The position numbers were made by a program, and so were the translations under genes. From Marsupella aquatica (taxonomy: Eukaryota; Plantae; Marchantiophyta): a stretch of DNA of 64,000 nt. The notes under the pieces were generated by a model. That model was not told the origin of the DNA, searched no databases, and was given only the letters and a program-made list of their open reading frames with translations. Position 1 is the stretch's first letter. The number at the start of each line of letters is the position of its first letter. The stretch is taken from the NCBI GenBank assembly GCA_973895155.1, contig OZ316894.1:24426709-24490708 (forward strand), written 5' to 3'. This document shows positions 26,605 to 39,336 of the stretch, piece after piece.

Positions 26605-28516
26605 AAACTTTTCCTACCTTGCAGCACTTCCCATGTTCGTCTAATTGTGTTGTGTTAGTAGAGAAGATCTCAAATTTGGCACACTATTTGTGTCTAGAGG
26701 GTTTGGTGATTGTGGTCATCGAGTGCAGCTGAGCGTCGTCTAAATTCCTGCGCAGAGTATGGGTTCTGCAGTAGGAAAGCCTTCGAAAAGGTGGGCGTCA
26801 TTGGGAAGAAGTTATTCGATTATCGGATGGGGTCTATTGCTCTTTCTGTGCTTACAAATTGTAGATTTTTGCAACGATTCATTGCTCTGGCCTCTTAACA
26901 GAATCGGGTTCCTTCTGATTGTGACGGCAATGGATAGCTTGACTCTTATGTGTAGCGAGCAATGATCACCGTAATTATTTTCTAATGTCATCTAGTGCAT
27001 CCTTGCCGTTATTTTGCCAGGTGCACCTAGAAAGATGTAAGAAAGGTCTTTCGTTTCACAAATTATTGCACATTTAAATGTACTTGAGATCTGTTGCAGG
27101 ATCCAGAAGGACAAAAGCCCTTTCCATGAATTGTTAGAAAACTTGGATGAGGAAAGTAGGAAGGGACGGTCGGATCTAGACCTTATCACGGAAGCTCCCT
27201 CAGAAACCATGTGATGCTGATCCCAATCATATGAATCAGAGGATGGAATTGATCTAGGAATGAATGCGAGTTTTACAGGAATGTAAATAAGTATAATTCT
27301 TGATTACTTGCCATCGTGGGGGTGCATCGTCAAGCAGGGAGTCCAATTCTACCATCAGGATCTCAGGGCGTCTGTCCGAAGCAGGAAGTTGTCCTAACAT
27401 ATAGTTGTGCAGCAGGAAGGGAAAGAGGGACGCACTGGAGGAAAAAGGAGGAGACGAGCATCCAGAAGAGGAAAGTAGGCCCGAGCTTACAATACTTGAG
27501 GTAAAATTGATTTCTGATTCACCAACGTTTGTGCAGAAGTTCGCTTCTCAATCAATGCTTACCTAACTTGCATCTCGTTTCTAGCCCAGGGAACCATCCG
27601 GAAGCTTGACCTCAGAAAAGAGATCTAAGAAGAAGTTATCAGATCAAGACCGAATCCAAATACCTGCGGTCATAGAGAAATCACAGGAATCCAGACAAAG
27701 CACAAGCGCAGCACAATCTGAAAGAACCCAATTGATCTTGGAAACAGTTCGGAACATACTTTAGTGGTCAGAAGAGTACACAGGATGGTAGGGAATTGCT
27801 CCCTCACTCCATCCCAATCCCAATCTCAATGACCACCTTAACTCGAAGAAAACTTATCAAGTATTGTAAATTCTAACTACATTCACCCTGGCGTTGAAAA
27901 TGATGCTCCCATGTATGGAGCCCATGAACCATGCAACCCTCATTGACTGCGAGACAGACACCCTACTCGGCTAAAAAAACGATTTCAACCATTAAGTTTG
28001 ACATTCAATGTCTCCCTTGATGTCCAGACCTCAATTTCCCTATATTTTCACCATGGTTAGGATATACTCGTTGTCAGGGGAAATTACCATCATCCTCTCA
28101 AAAGGTCTCTGAATGTCAGAATTATGCCTACAATTTAAAGATTACTAACGGGATCCCTAATACCGGATAGGAATGCGGAAAACAAAATCTAATGGTTGAC
28201 CTTCTGCCCTCATTTGCGGTGGGAATCTCAAAGCAAAATGCATATTGTATGCAGTGCTGATCTTGTCCACAGGTATACCAAAGAGCACCTCAAAAACCTG
28301 GGATGGTGATCTTTGTTCTCTCCATGTTATACTACTTGTTCCGTAAAGTCACGATAAATATTACTCATCAACAGCTTGAAACTGGCCAGTGTTAGATAAC
28401 AAGAAATTTGTGGGATCCTCAACGAGTGCTGATTGTATGAAGTGTCCATGCCCCTCAGCAGCTCTATTTTAATGATACCCTCATCTCAAAATGAATCTCT
28501 TTGGCAAACACTTTAC

Positions 28517-28643
28517 TCCCACAAGGGAATTGACTAGATCATACTCATGAGACAATGGATACTTGGTTTCCTCCCACAAGGGAATTGACTAGATCATACT
28601 CATGAGACAATGGATACTTGGTTGAGACAATGGATACTTGGTT
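28517..28643. repeat. Short tandem duplication (~55 bp x2 plus a partial copy)
   Basis: cccacaagggaattgactagatcatactcatgagacaatggatacttggtt is repeated. Confidence 0.85.
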
Positions 28644-31016
28644 GTTTGCTTAGAAAGCACAATAGTACATCAAAAGTCTAATGGTCCCATCCTTCTTGGT
28701 CACAAGCATAATTTGAGTCCTGCAAAAGCATTTGCAAGCTTATCCACTAGCCTTTATCACTGAGTGAACCATTTTCACAACCACTACAGTACTTCTTCCG
28801 TATAGGCCTTCTTGACAGATTTATTTAAATAAAATTTCCCTCATCATGAAGAAGTCTTGTTTTGGATGTAAACTGATTCTTTAAAGCGTGTGTAGATCTA
28901 ATGACAAAACTAACTCTGTTCTTGTGACCTTAAGGACCACAAGATCCTCTTTTCACTTAAAGCCTATTATTTCACCAACTTTGATCTAAGCTCAGAATTT
29001 ACAAAACAATATAATTCACCTGTGAAAAAATAACAGGATATAAGGGCATATATTGGTGTTACTTACACTGCAAGTTGTTGCAACCCTTTACTATGCGTTT
29101 TTGCAAAAATGCTGTTAGTTTGTCAATGGTGAATTTTGCTACAAGTATCCTGTTAGTTTTGCTGCATTGATTAAATACTTGCACATCCAAAAACTTCTAC
29201 TTTCGGAACCCCTCAAGATCCTCATGCAAATCAATTACTACTGATTTATTACCAAAAGGATCACGGTTAGCAAACAAAGATTATTGATAAAGTTTACATA
29301 CCCACTACAATTGCTACTAGCCTAACTGCTTACTCATTGAACTTGAACAGAGGTGGCATCACGAGAGACCTTGCAAAGAAAATTATTCCCTGCTATTAAT
29401 GTTCATCAGCAACTTGCCCCAATCCCTGTTTTTATTAGTTCTGTCCCCAGAGTTGCAGTCTCCAGAATTCACTCTAGACAGTGCCCTGAGAGTAGCTTCC
29501 AATAGCATTTATATGGTTATAAATACCAGGGTAAGGGTAGTAGCGGTAAGATATTTTGGGCATTAATGCAACTTGAAGATTGAACAAATAGACAGAGCGA
29601 GAGACTAGTGGTGATCTGGACCTGGTAGCTAATCTGATGACATCAACTTAGAATAATTAAATTTTTGCCTTTCACTCAAAGAGTGTTTGGGGTACACTGA
29701 TAAATCTCTTTCCAAAGCTAATGATCAGAAACTAGACAGGAGCAAGATGCGAGGAATATTTTTCTATGGACTTTGATTGAAGTCTGTGAAATTTCATGGT
29801 CTCTACCTGTGATAACTTACCGTGGACAGTCCATCCTAATGTATATTACATGCCCTAGTATTATCTAAGTTTGCTTATGATCATCTATTTTTAGAATTGA
29901 TGCTCTCGTGCACCATGCAACCTCCATGGACTGTTGTCATGCAAACCCGTGTCAGCGCTTAACCACGTACTCGGGTTTGAGCGGCTATCCTAGTTAGCGG
30001 TGATCCTGATTAATTTAGGGCATTGCCAGGTAGATTTAGCGGCTGGTGAGCGATCGGCGCTAGGATTGCGGCTCGGGATTTAACCCGCCTCGCCGCCACC
30101 TAGGAGACGGCGGCACCAGATAGGGCCAGGTGGTCAATTAGGTTATTTGGCTGGTAGGTTTGCCTAACCTGGGATTATGCTATCTTGCACACCACTGTTT
30201 CGTCCTTTATGGTGAGGTTTCAGTGGTTGAGAGGGCTCCTCACAGATTGCCTTATCGGGTGAGGCAGGCCTTCCCTTGGGATCCAGGGGGTATACCTCCC
30301 GGGCCGCTCTTCATTCACTTCAGTTCTGAAGTGAATCCGGTTACAGTTTCTAGTTTCTTGCTTAGCAGCGCTCGTCGATTACACGTAGATGATCGTTGCA
30401 TAGCGTGCCTGTCAGTTACATAGACGGCGGTCGGTTTTTCATCGTTGAGTAGTGCTTACATTGCTTCCCTACGGTTTTCCGTCCATTCTAGTAAAGCGCA
30501 TTACAGATTCGCTTACTCCGGACTCACTTTGTCTCACGTTTTTATTCACTTCAGTGGTAGCCAGACTAGAAAATGTGAGCCGCGCCCTCATCCCTATGTT
30601 GGCTAGATTACATTTCTAGTTGTGTTGCTCCTAGGATATGGTAGAGCAGTTTGAGGTTATTTCCAGACTTTCTTACAACTGTGTACTCAAAACCTTCTCC
30701 ACATTCCATATCAGTAGGATTGCCCTACATTTTGTGTGGTAATTGGGCTCTAGTATCGTGTGAGTCACCATGGATGGGCTGCATGGCGCTCCCCAGGGTT
30801 TTCCTCATCATATTGACTTTCTGTTCATCATCTTACCCAAAGACCATTTTTGCCAATTTATTGTCATACATTTTGGTGTTAATTTCTTACGGGAGATTGA
30901 ACAGTCCCCCTTGCCATTGTTGCTCCCCATTTTGCGCTATGGTCTGCACTGGAAAGTCGGTTTTTACCTATTGGTTTAAAGATATCTACTACCATCTCAC
31001 ACATACTCAGTAGCTT

Positions 31017-33674
31017 ATGAGTGAATCACCTCGCTACTGGTTGCGCAGCCAGCCCCACTCCCCTGTATTCTCACGAGCCTGGGGTAGGCGTGCCCCACGT
31101 ACACAGCGGGCACGGCTCACATTTTCTAGTCCATCTACCACTTTCTCCACGCTTCAGATTGGGGGGGGACAGGAGGAGTACACATCACAATCCGAATCCG
31201 AAGAAGAGGGTGAATTCGACGGTTCTTTCAACTTTCCAACTTATACAATGGCAGGAATGCAGTCACACGGTCCGGCCTACACCCTTGACCAAAAGTTCAG
31301 TGGCAGACCAGGGACCATCCCGCTACGAGAATTCAAAGCATGGTTTGTTGGAGTCATGGCAGATTTGAAGAAGAAGTATAAATCTGAGTATGATGTACAA
31401 TTTGCTTTCATTCAGCTGAAACGGTACCTATGTGAAGAAGCACTTGCCACGTATGAGCAGCACGAAGATACATTGGTGCGGCAGGAGATGAGAGCCAACC
31501 CAGCCTACATTGCTGCCATCAAGGTTGTTGAAGAGCAGCAACTCACTGTCCAGATTACAGATTGGGCAAAGGACCCAAAGCAGAATGGTGGAGTACCACC
31601 AATCACGGTGACACTCACGTAGGCTCAGATTGGAACAGCCACCGCAGGGATTGCCCCAAAGGCTTTGGTAGATCTTGGAGTCACAGATCCGGTAGCAGAT
31701 TTCTTTGCCATACTGAAAGAAGAATTCCCAGAGAGGAACTCAATCAAGTTGGCAGAGCTGAACAACTTCATTCGTAAGAAGGATGAGACGCTAAAGATGA
31801 TGTACCGAAGGATTGAGCGTCTGCAAAAGGAGACAGAGAGTTGCACTGATCGGGAAGCAACGCACAAGTACTTGCGGGCCTTGCAAGCAGATGACCTAGA
31901 CCTGCACAACAAGGTCACTACTAGCCTGTTCTCAGGAAGCAACAAGAATTACACCCTGTAGGATGTCTATGAACTTGCAGAGAAGATGAACTGGGCGAAT
32001 GAGAACTACGAGATCACGCCCAAGCCAAAGACCAGAGCTGCTGCGACAGACAGCACGGCCCCAGTTGGGCAGGGAAGACAACCTGCCAACCCACGACAGT
32101 CGCAAGGAAAACCGTTTGAGAGGGGACAACAAGGTCATAACTCCAAACAGGTGAATGCGGCTGCACCAATACAATCGTGCAATCATTGTGGGTCATTAGA
32201 CCACAACTCACCTCAATGCAACATTCAAAAAGAGAATTTGCATTGTTCTGCATGCGGCAAGACTGGACATGTGGAGTCAGTCTGCTTTCAAGCACATCCA
32301 GAACGGAGGCAACAGAAATTGTTACCCCGATAATAGTCGGCATATCCTGCCCAACCGCAAAGGAATGTGAAGCCTATAGCCAGTACCAAGGTCGCAGACA
32401 ACTCTTCTCAAGCATCCAGCAGTGGTAACAAGAATGAGGCTAAGGCAACTAAGTCCAAGCAAAAGATGGACGCTCTCAAGGCAGAGCTATTTGAAGCTTT
32501 TGACAATCGAATGTCTGCATTGTTGGTACAGGCTCTGCAGAAGGCCCCTTCACCATCAACTGGAGGTAGCAACCCAAGCACCTCGTTACCTTATGACTTG
32601 AATGGGTATGTAGTCACTAGGTCCGCACGAGATAAGGCTACAGGAGACAACCAGACTGCCGCTACTACACTACATAGAGAAGCAGAGCCAAGGAGCTCTA
32701 TGCCCAGTAGTTTCCGTCAGATGTCCATGGATGAAGAACAAGACATCATTTCTAACAACCATCGGCAGTTGCCCTTGGATACCAATGAAAGGGGTCAACC
32801 AACTGAAGTGCTACCTGCATCCACTGCCTTGGCATCTAGGCAGGATGCTAGCCAGGTTTTCAACAAGAGGCTAGCGCTATCGGGTGCGGAGTTCACCAAG
32901 CGGTTGATGCAGACCCCACTGTTTTCTTGTGAAGAGATGGGAATTACACCGCAGAGGGTCATAGCGTTGCTCCAAGGGGCAGGAATGTCACTATCAGCAC
33001 AAGGTGGGCCTAGTCTGATTGTTTTACCTACTGACACTGCTGTGACCACACCAGCGGCATTGGCAGAAGCTGTTCAGTTTCCCACTGAAGTCACAGCCAC
33101 ACAACCTGCACCACCATTGTTAGTGGATACACTGCTTGCACCTCGTTCTTTGGCAACAATTGATCGGTCCCAGCATATCCACATGCTCATCAGGGATCTG
33201 CCTTTTGTCGAGCCTGGCCAATATGCATCTTCAAAGGTTGGAATACTAATGGTTGATAATCGACAATCTGTCGTTACTATTCAAGGGGCCACACCCAGGA
33301 TTGTTATCCTTGACACTGGGGCACAACCTGCCATCATCAGTCAGCGCTTTGCTGAATCTTTGGGTATCACTGGCGATGCCTTACGACCAACAAAGTGGAA
33401 CATCAGACTGGCCAGCGGTGCAGTGGAGACAGGATTGGCAGAGACCTCCAAGCCGATGCAAATTTGTTTCAATCCCAAGTCCAGCACCGCGTTGACCATT
33501 CACATGCGCTGCCTTGTGACCAAGGCTACACTGTATGATCTACTGCTTGGCCAAGAAGTACTATTCCCGCCAGGTATCATGATTGACAACTGGACGGAGA
33601 TTGCCTATTATAGGCCTGATTGGGAGACTGGTGGACAGCGAATGGGAACTATCCCATTGGCGTTGCATGGCTGA
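31017..33674 (+). pseudogene. Gypsy gag (two CCHC zinc knuckles) and aspartic protease, one frame with in-frame stops
   Basis: ORFs starting at 31017, 31665, 31986 and 32367 share a frame, with stops at 31620, 31959, 32331 and 33672. Motifs: CNHCGSLDHNSPQC, CSACGKTGHVESVC, VILDTGAQP and LLLGQE. Confidence 0.88.
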
Positions 33675-33922
33675 CAAATAATCCCACCGTCACACACAGT
33701 GTTCAAAGAGGCCAACATGATGGAGTTGATCCCTCCAACCACGTATGAGGCAGAGTACCCGTCTGTGTCTCATACATCTAACACCATGGATTATATTTTG
33801 ACTCTGGAGATTATAAACCAGATCAAGTCCCATGGGTGGCTCACGATACTATTGTCGCCACTGCCACCAAGACAGAGTATTCACCAGATACACAGTTGTT
33901 ACTGGAGGAGGCATAGACCCGC

Positions 33923-34960
33923 ATGACAACAACATTGGCGTATTGTGCAACGCACACTCAGGATAAGCCACATGCCTACCAGATTGCTTCACCAGTATCC
34001 AACACACCCATCCAGTGGTGCCCTCCATCAAAAGGCATCACATTTGTGGAATTATTTGGGGGATTGGCTACTGGGCTTGAGGCCGCTCTCAAGTGTGGAT
34101 TACGGGTACACAAGTATGTGTACTGTGACACAGATGCTGCCGCACGCCTATTGCTGCCTCAACGCCTTGCCGCCCTCAGTAAGCAGTATTCTCAACTCTT
34201 GCCTGCCACAGCATGGGAGTCTGCTCTCACATTTCTACCGCCGGATATCAAACTTATCCAACAACGTCACATCCAATTACTAGGCCCTATACATCTGGTC
34301 GTTGGTGGATGGGAGTGCCAAGGGTTTTTTGCAGCAGGCACAGGCGGAGGTCTGCGGGATAACCGTTCAATGCTGTTCAAGGATCTACTTCGGGTACTTG
34401 GTTGGGTACAACTACGCAACCCATGTGTGGGTTACATCCTGGAGAACGCACCTGCACAATTTGATTCCTGAACGGATGTGTTGAAAGATTTTGCTGTTGT
34501 TCAACACTTGTTGGGTGATCCATTCCTCATTGATGCAGCTCAATGCGGTTCTTATGCCCATCATTTACGGAATTTGTGGACTAACCTAGCACCACATAAT
34601 ACTCTTAAGCTTGCTCTGTTGGAGACTAAGCCAGAGCCTACACAACAATTACAACAAATTCTGGATCCTGGCAGTCTTCCCCGCCCGGTGGTACGGATTG
34701 AACGTGCACCGTTCTTTCCAGCCAACCGCATAGGCACACTGCGAGCAGTCTGGCCCACACTACTATCCTTCCCTGGCTCCTTTGCATTTCAGGGAGAAGG
34801 TCCAGGGCTGGTATTTTGATAGGCCACCCAACAGTGGCAACCACCATCCCTAGAGGAACGCGAGCGTGCTATGGGATTTCAGATAGGGAGCACTCAACAC
34901 CCTAGTCTTACCAAACATCAACGCAACAAGTTGCTAGGCCAAGCACTTGACCTCACAGGA
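33923..34960 (+). pseudogene. DNMT3-like C5-cytosine DNA methyltransferase domain within the gypsy polyprotein
   Basis: All in one frame: motif I FVELFGGLATG, IV LVVGGWECQGF, VI YILENAP, VIII IDAAQCGSYAHHLRNLWTNL, IX EERERAMGF and X QRNKLLGQALD. Stops at 34469 and 34817/34820. Confidence 0.9.
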
Positions 34961-35079
34961 TTTTTCCTGGGTACTGTCCTCATGTTTGGCTTTTCAAATG
35001 CTCAGCACTGCACACCATACCCCGAAGGCGGTAGCTACAGCTGAGATCCTTTCTCCCACAGATTTACATCTTCCACGGC

Positions 35080-38000
35080 TTGGTACTTACCATTTCAGAC
35101 CAGTGGCTGGGGGGAGAGGTCCCAGTTAATCTTCAACCACGTGCTTTTAGCCACAGCTCTTCCACAAATATAGAGGAAGACAAATCAAAAGAGGAGCCAC
35201 CACCTTCAGCTGAGAATTTTGAGTGGACCATGGGAGAACAACTGACGGCAACCCAGAAGCTGCGGATGAAGAAACTCATCAATGAGTACAAAGATTGCTT
35301 TGCATTCTCTATGAAGGATTTAGGGAAGTGCAACATAATGGAATTCACAATTCCATTGACTGATGAGACACCGATATTTTGGAAGCGGCATCGACTCAGC
35401 CAACATGAGTGGGAGTTGGTGGATGCCAGATGCAAGGAACTACATGAGGCAAGTCTCATCAGACCTTCAAGTTCCCCTTTTGTTGCTCCCACAGTCATGC
35501 CAGCAAAGAAGGATAGCAGCGGGCTATGGTCAAAAAAGAGGATGCGTGGGGATTATCGGGCACTCAACCAGGTAACTCAGCAGGATAGATATCCTGTCCC
35601 CACGCTAGAGGAGATCTTTGATGGGCTAGGGAAGTCTCGATAATTCTCTATTTTAGACTTGCAGTAAGGGTTCAACCAAATCGTTGTGGCAGAGAAGGAC
35701 AGAAAGAAGACTGCATTCCATGACAGTGACAAGTTGTGAGAATTGCTATACATGCCATTTGGCATAGTGAATGCAGCCATCTTCTTTCAGAAGGTCATGG
35801 ATATAGTGAAGGAAGATGCAACACACATCAAATGTTACATTGATGATGTCGTAGTGCACAGCCCTTCATTTGATCAACAAATGGATGATTTGGAGGATCT
35901 GTTCAAAAGGCTCAGAAAAGCTAATCTCAAATGTCATCCCAAGAAATATGAATTTGGGGTGAACACTGTGATCTATTTGGGATACCGAGTGATTCCAGAT
36001 GGACTCATGCCAGAGGAGGCCAAGGTTCTGGCTATCAACAACATGAAGGCACCTACAGATGTCAACAAACTACGCATCTTTCTAGGTCTGTGTAATTACT
36101 ACCGCACACATGTTGAGAATTTCAGTACCATTGCAAGCCCTCTGAATCAGTTGTTGAAAAAGGACACCCCATGGTGCTGGACTGCAGAACGGCAAACCGC
36201 GTTTGAAAATATCAAAGCAGTACTGACCACACACCCAGTTCTCCGTCGGCCCAATTTCAAGATCCCTTTCATTCTTCACACTGATTGGAGTGCTATTGGC
36301 CTCGGAGCCATTCTAGGACAGCAGGATGATGGTGAACCAGAGTATGTTGTTGCCTATGCTTCACGCAGTAACAACAAGGCAGAAAGCAACTACTCATCCT
36401 ACGAAGGAGAGCTACTTGTTGTGGTATGGGCTGTGGTACATTTCCGGCCATACCTGTATGGTAAAAAGTTTGTATTGTTTACAGATCATCAACCACTTAA
36501 ATGGTTGATGACCAATGACAAACTGACCGGTAAGCTAGCTAGATGGGCATTGATCTTGCAAGAGTACACTTTTGATGTCATTCATCGACCAGGAATCACC
36601 CACCAGAATGCTGATGCAATGTCACGTAGTCCTCTGAGTACAACAGAAGATCACACGGCTGCAAGACAAGATTTTGATGCTACCGTAGAACCAACCGCTA
36701 CTGCTTGCTTGGCACTATTGGCAGATGTGCAGGTTGCTGAGGCTACATCTGTAGACATATGGAATGATTTTGCAACCCTACACTACATACAACTAGGGGA
36801 ATTCCCTTCTAATGCTACCCTCATGGAGAGAGACCGCATCCAGCACAGAGCACGCCGCTATGCATGGAAGGGTAACCATTTGATCCGGCTATTCCCATCA
36901 GGGGATCGTGTGGTCCCGCGTGTGCTGGAGAGACCAACACTTATACAGAAGATCCATTCAGAGTTGGGGCATTTTGGCATCAAACGAACCCACAGCTTGC
37001 TTACTCCCCACTTCACGTGGCGAGATATGTACACACAAGTGAGGGATGTGTTGGCTCGATGTGCAGAATGCGATCGAGTAAAGAGTTCATTCTCAGACCG
37101 TCAGATGCAGTTGCGACCTTTGCCAATTCAGGGATTATTCTATCGTTGGTCCTGTGACTTGGCTGGTGAATTACCGGTTACACCTAGGGGTAATGTCTTT
37201 GTGATGATTATGATTGAGCACTTTTCAAAATGGATTGAGTTAGTGCCACTGCGTAACAAGTCATCCCACAGCACCAGCCAGGCATTTCTACAACGGGTTC
37301 TCAGTCAGTTTGGCGCATGTGCTGAATGCTTAACTGATCAGGGAACAGAGTTCAGAGGAGAGTTTCAAGACCTTCTTGACCATGCGCTCATTGATCACAG
37401 GAGGACATCACGCGATCATCCACAAGCTGATGGTCTTGCAAAACGCATGGTCCAGACATGTAAAAAAGGGCTACGCAAGATTTGCCTTACCAAAAACAAG
37501 GCTGATTGAGATCTACAATTACCCTATATTGCTATGGGTTATCGTATGTCCAAGCATGCAGCTCTTTCATCATTTTCTCCTTATTTTCTGTTATTTGGGC
37601 GACATCCGGTACCACCCTCTGCCATTGCACCGCAGATGGACCAGGTAGTGGATCTAGACAATGAACAGGTTTAGGATCAGGTCATTTCAGACAGAGCAAC
37701 TTTGTTCAAGCGAGTCATGCCTATGGCTATGCAAAACCTTTGCATTGCTCAACATCGGGATACTCTGCGCTATGCTTACACCCGTGGTGGCAGCTACCGT
37801 CCCAAAATCCGCAAATTTGAGGTTGGGGATTATGTCTACTTACAACGACAGACCACAGATACCTTGGATACTTCTGCAGGTCGGATCATTCTTCGAGTCA
37901 AGGAAGTCCAGACGTCTGGGGTGCTTTTGTTGGAAGGGTCAGATGGTCGTACCATCACTGATCACTTCAAGAATTGTGGTCCATGCCACTTACCTAATCT

Positions 38001-38226
38001 TGATCCTACTATAATCATTGCAGACTGGGTTCCACCTGTGGATCATCCCTGTCAAATTTTTTGTCGCATTGATGATGCTTATCTTATGTTGCTTTGCGAT
38101 CGTTGTAATAGCGGTTTTCATTTGTTCTGTCTTACACCTCCACTGCACAACATTCCAAAAGGTCAATGGTTTTGTCATGCATGCACTAGGCAACACCATC
38201 CTACCACCAGTCGACGAGGCCAGTAG
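35080..38226 (+). pseudogene. Gypsy RT-RNase H-integrase with C-terminal PHD finger
   Basis: One frame with several stops. RT: DYRALN, YMPFG, YIDDVVV. RNase H: TDWS, YSSYEGE, TDHQPL. Integrase: H..LGH...C..C, CDLAG, TDQG. PHD: CQIFC...LLCDRCNSGFHLFCLTPPL..IPKGQWFCHAC at 38050-38184. Confidence 0.92.
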
Positions 38227-38574
38227 GTCACCGACTGGGGGGGGAGTAAATATGATGCTTTTCTTTTTCTATTTCTGCATGCAAGTAGACAGCTGATAGG
38301 ATAGTAAGTGTATTCACTAGACAGGTTTGCAGTTACGACACATCTGGTACATCGATGCACTCTAGCACGACACTGTGACACCTTTTACGCACATCAATAC
38401 CCTTCTTAGTCTGATCGGTTTTCAACAGGAAAGTTTGTATCTCCCTTCATATCCAACGAAACAGTCTCCTCTTGGCCTTAACAAACTCAACTCAGAAAAG
38501 TCTTTCCAATGACTTGTCAAATCCTATTGAGAAATTCAAGACTTACAAATTTTGAAAAATGAGGGCTCAGGCTG

Positions 38575-38870
38575 GGGGGTCTCACTATATGGATGCTTCC
38601 CCATCACCTCACATTTTTAGGCCTCAGACCCACTAAAATGTAAGATTTGTTTTTAGATTTTCAACCCCTATAAAGTTGAAATATCTTTAGAATATTCTAA
38701 AAAAGTGGTTAGAAAGACCCTAATGTTTTTATAAATCTCAAAATTGTATTTAAAAGATCCTATTATTTTTCTGACAAAATTTTTAAATATTTCATTTGAA
38801 CCAATAAAATGACCCTATCATTTGTTGCTGCATATTACATGTCATTTTTGTAGAAGTGAAACTCCCAAGG
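38575..38870 (-). repeat. Dispersed ~280-bp repeat, copy 2
   Basis: Reverse complement of ~670-950. Confidence 0.75.
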
Positions 38871-39336
38871 GCTGAAACATTCACTATCCTTTGTCAGGCC
38901 AAGGTGGTTGAGTTTAGGGGTTCTACCATAGTCAAGTTAGTCTTGGGCTTTTTGTCTCTTTTGTCTTCCCTTATTTTCCCTTTTGTTTTCCCTCCTTTAT
39001 TGGGTTTCTTGTCTTTGAGATTCTCTCTCGTGGTATAGCGCCTTTTGTTCTTAGCAGTGTTTTATATATAGAAATGACTATCTCATATTCTTGTCATGTT
39101 TCTATAAACTGGAGTCAAGATGGACCACCATGGTGGACATAGTGCTCCTGTGGATCACATTTTGGTCTCATAAGTCTAGAGTTCAAATGTGGTAGCAAAG
39201 TTTGTGATAGCAATGTTATGTCTATTTGCAACTTGACCTAGATTTAACACACAATCTGAACAAAGCATATATAACAAAAATTGGGTAAACAGGATTACCT
39301 TAACTCAGGACCTGAAAGTATGACCAAGTGCGGCAC

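Larger units (their letters stand above)
29932..38246 (+). mobile_element. Decayed Ty3/gypsy retrotransposon encoding gag-PR-[C5 DNA methyltransferase]-RT-RH-IN-PHD
   Basis: Domain order is PR-RT-RH-IN, and a PPT-like GGGGGGGGAG lies at 38237-38246. A tentative 5' LTR spans ~29932-30638, followed by a PBS-like TGGTAGAGCAG at 30639. No matching 3' LTR was found, so the boundaries are approximate. Confidence 0.85.

Noticed and set aside
27000-29800. Possible highly degraded TE or LINE remnant
   Set aside because: There are no sizeable ORFs or recognisable motifs in any frame, so I cannot support a call.
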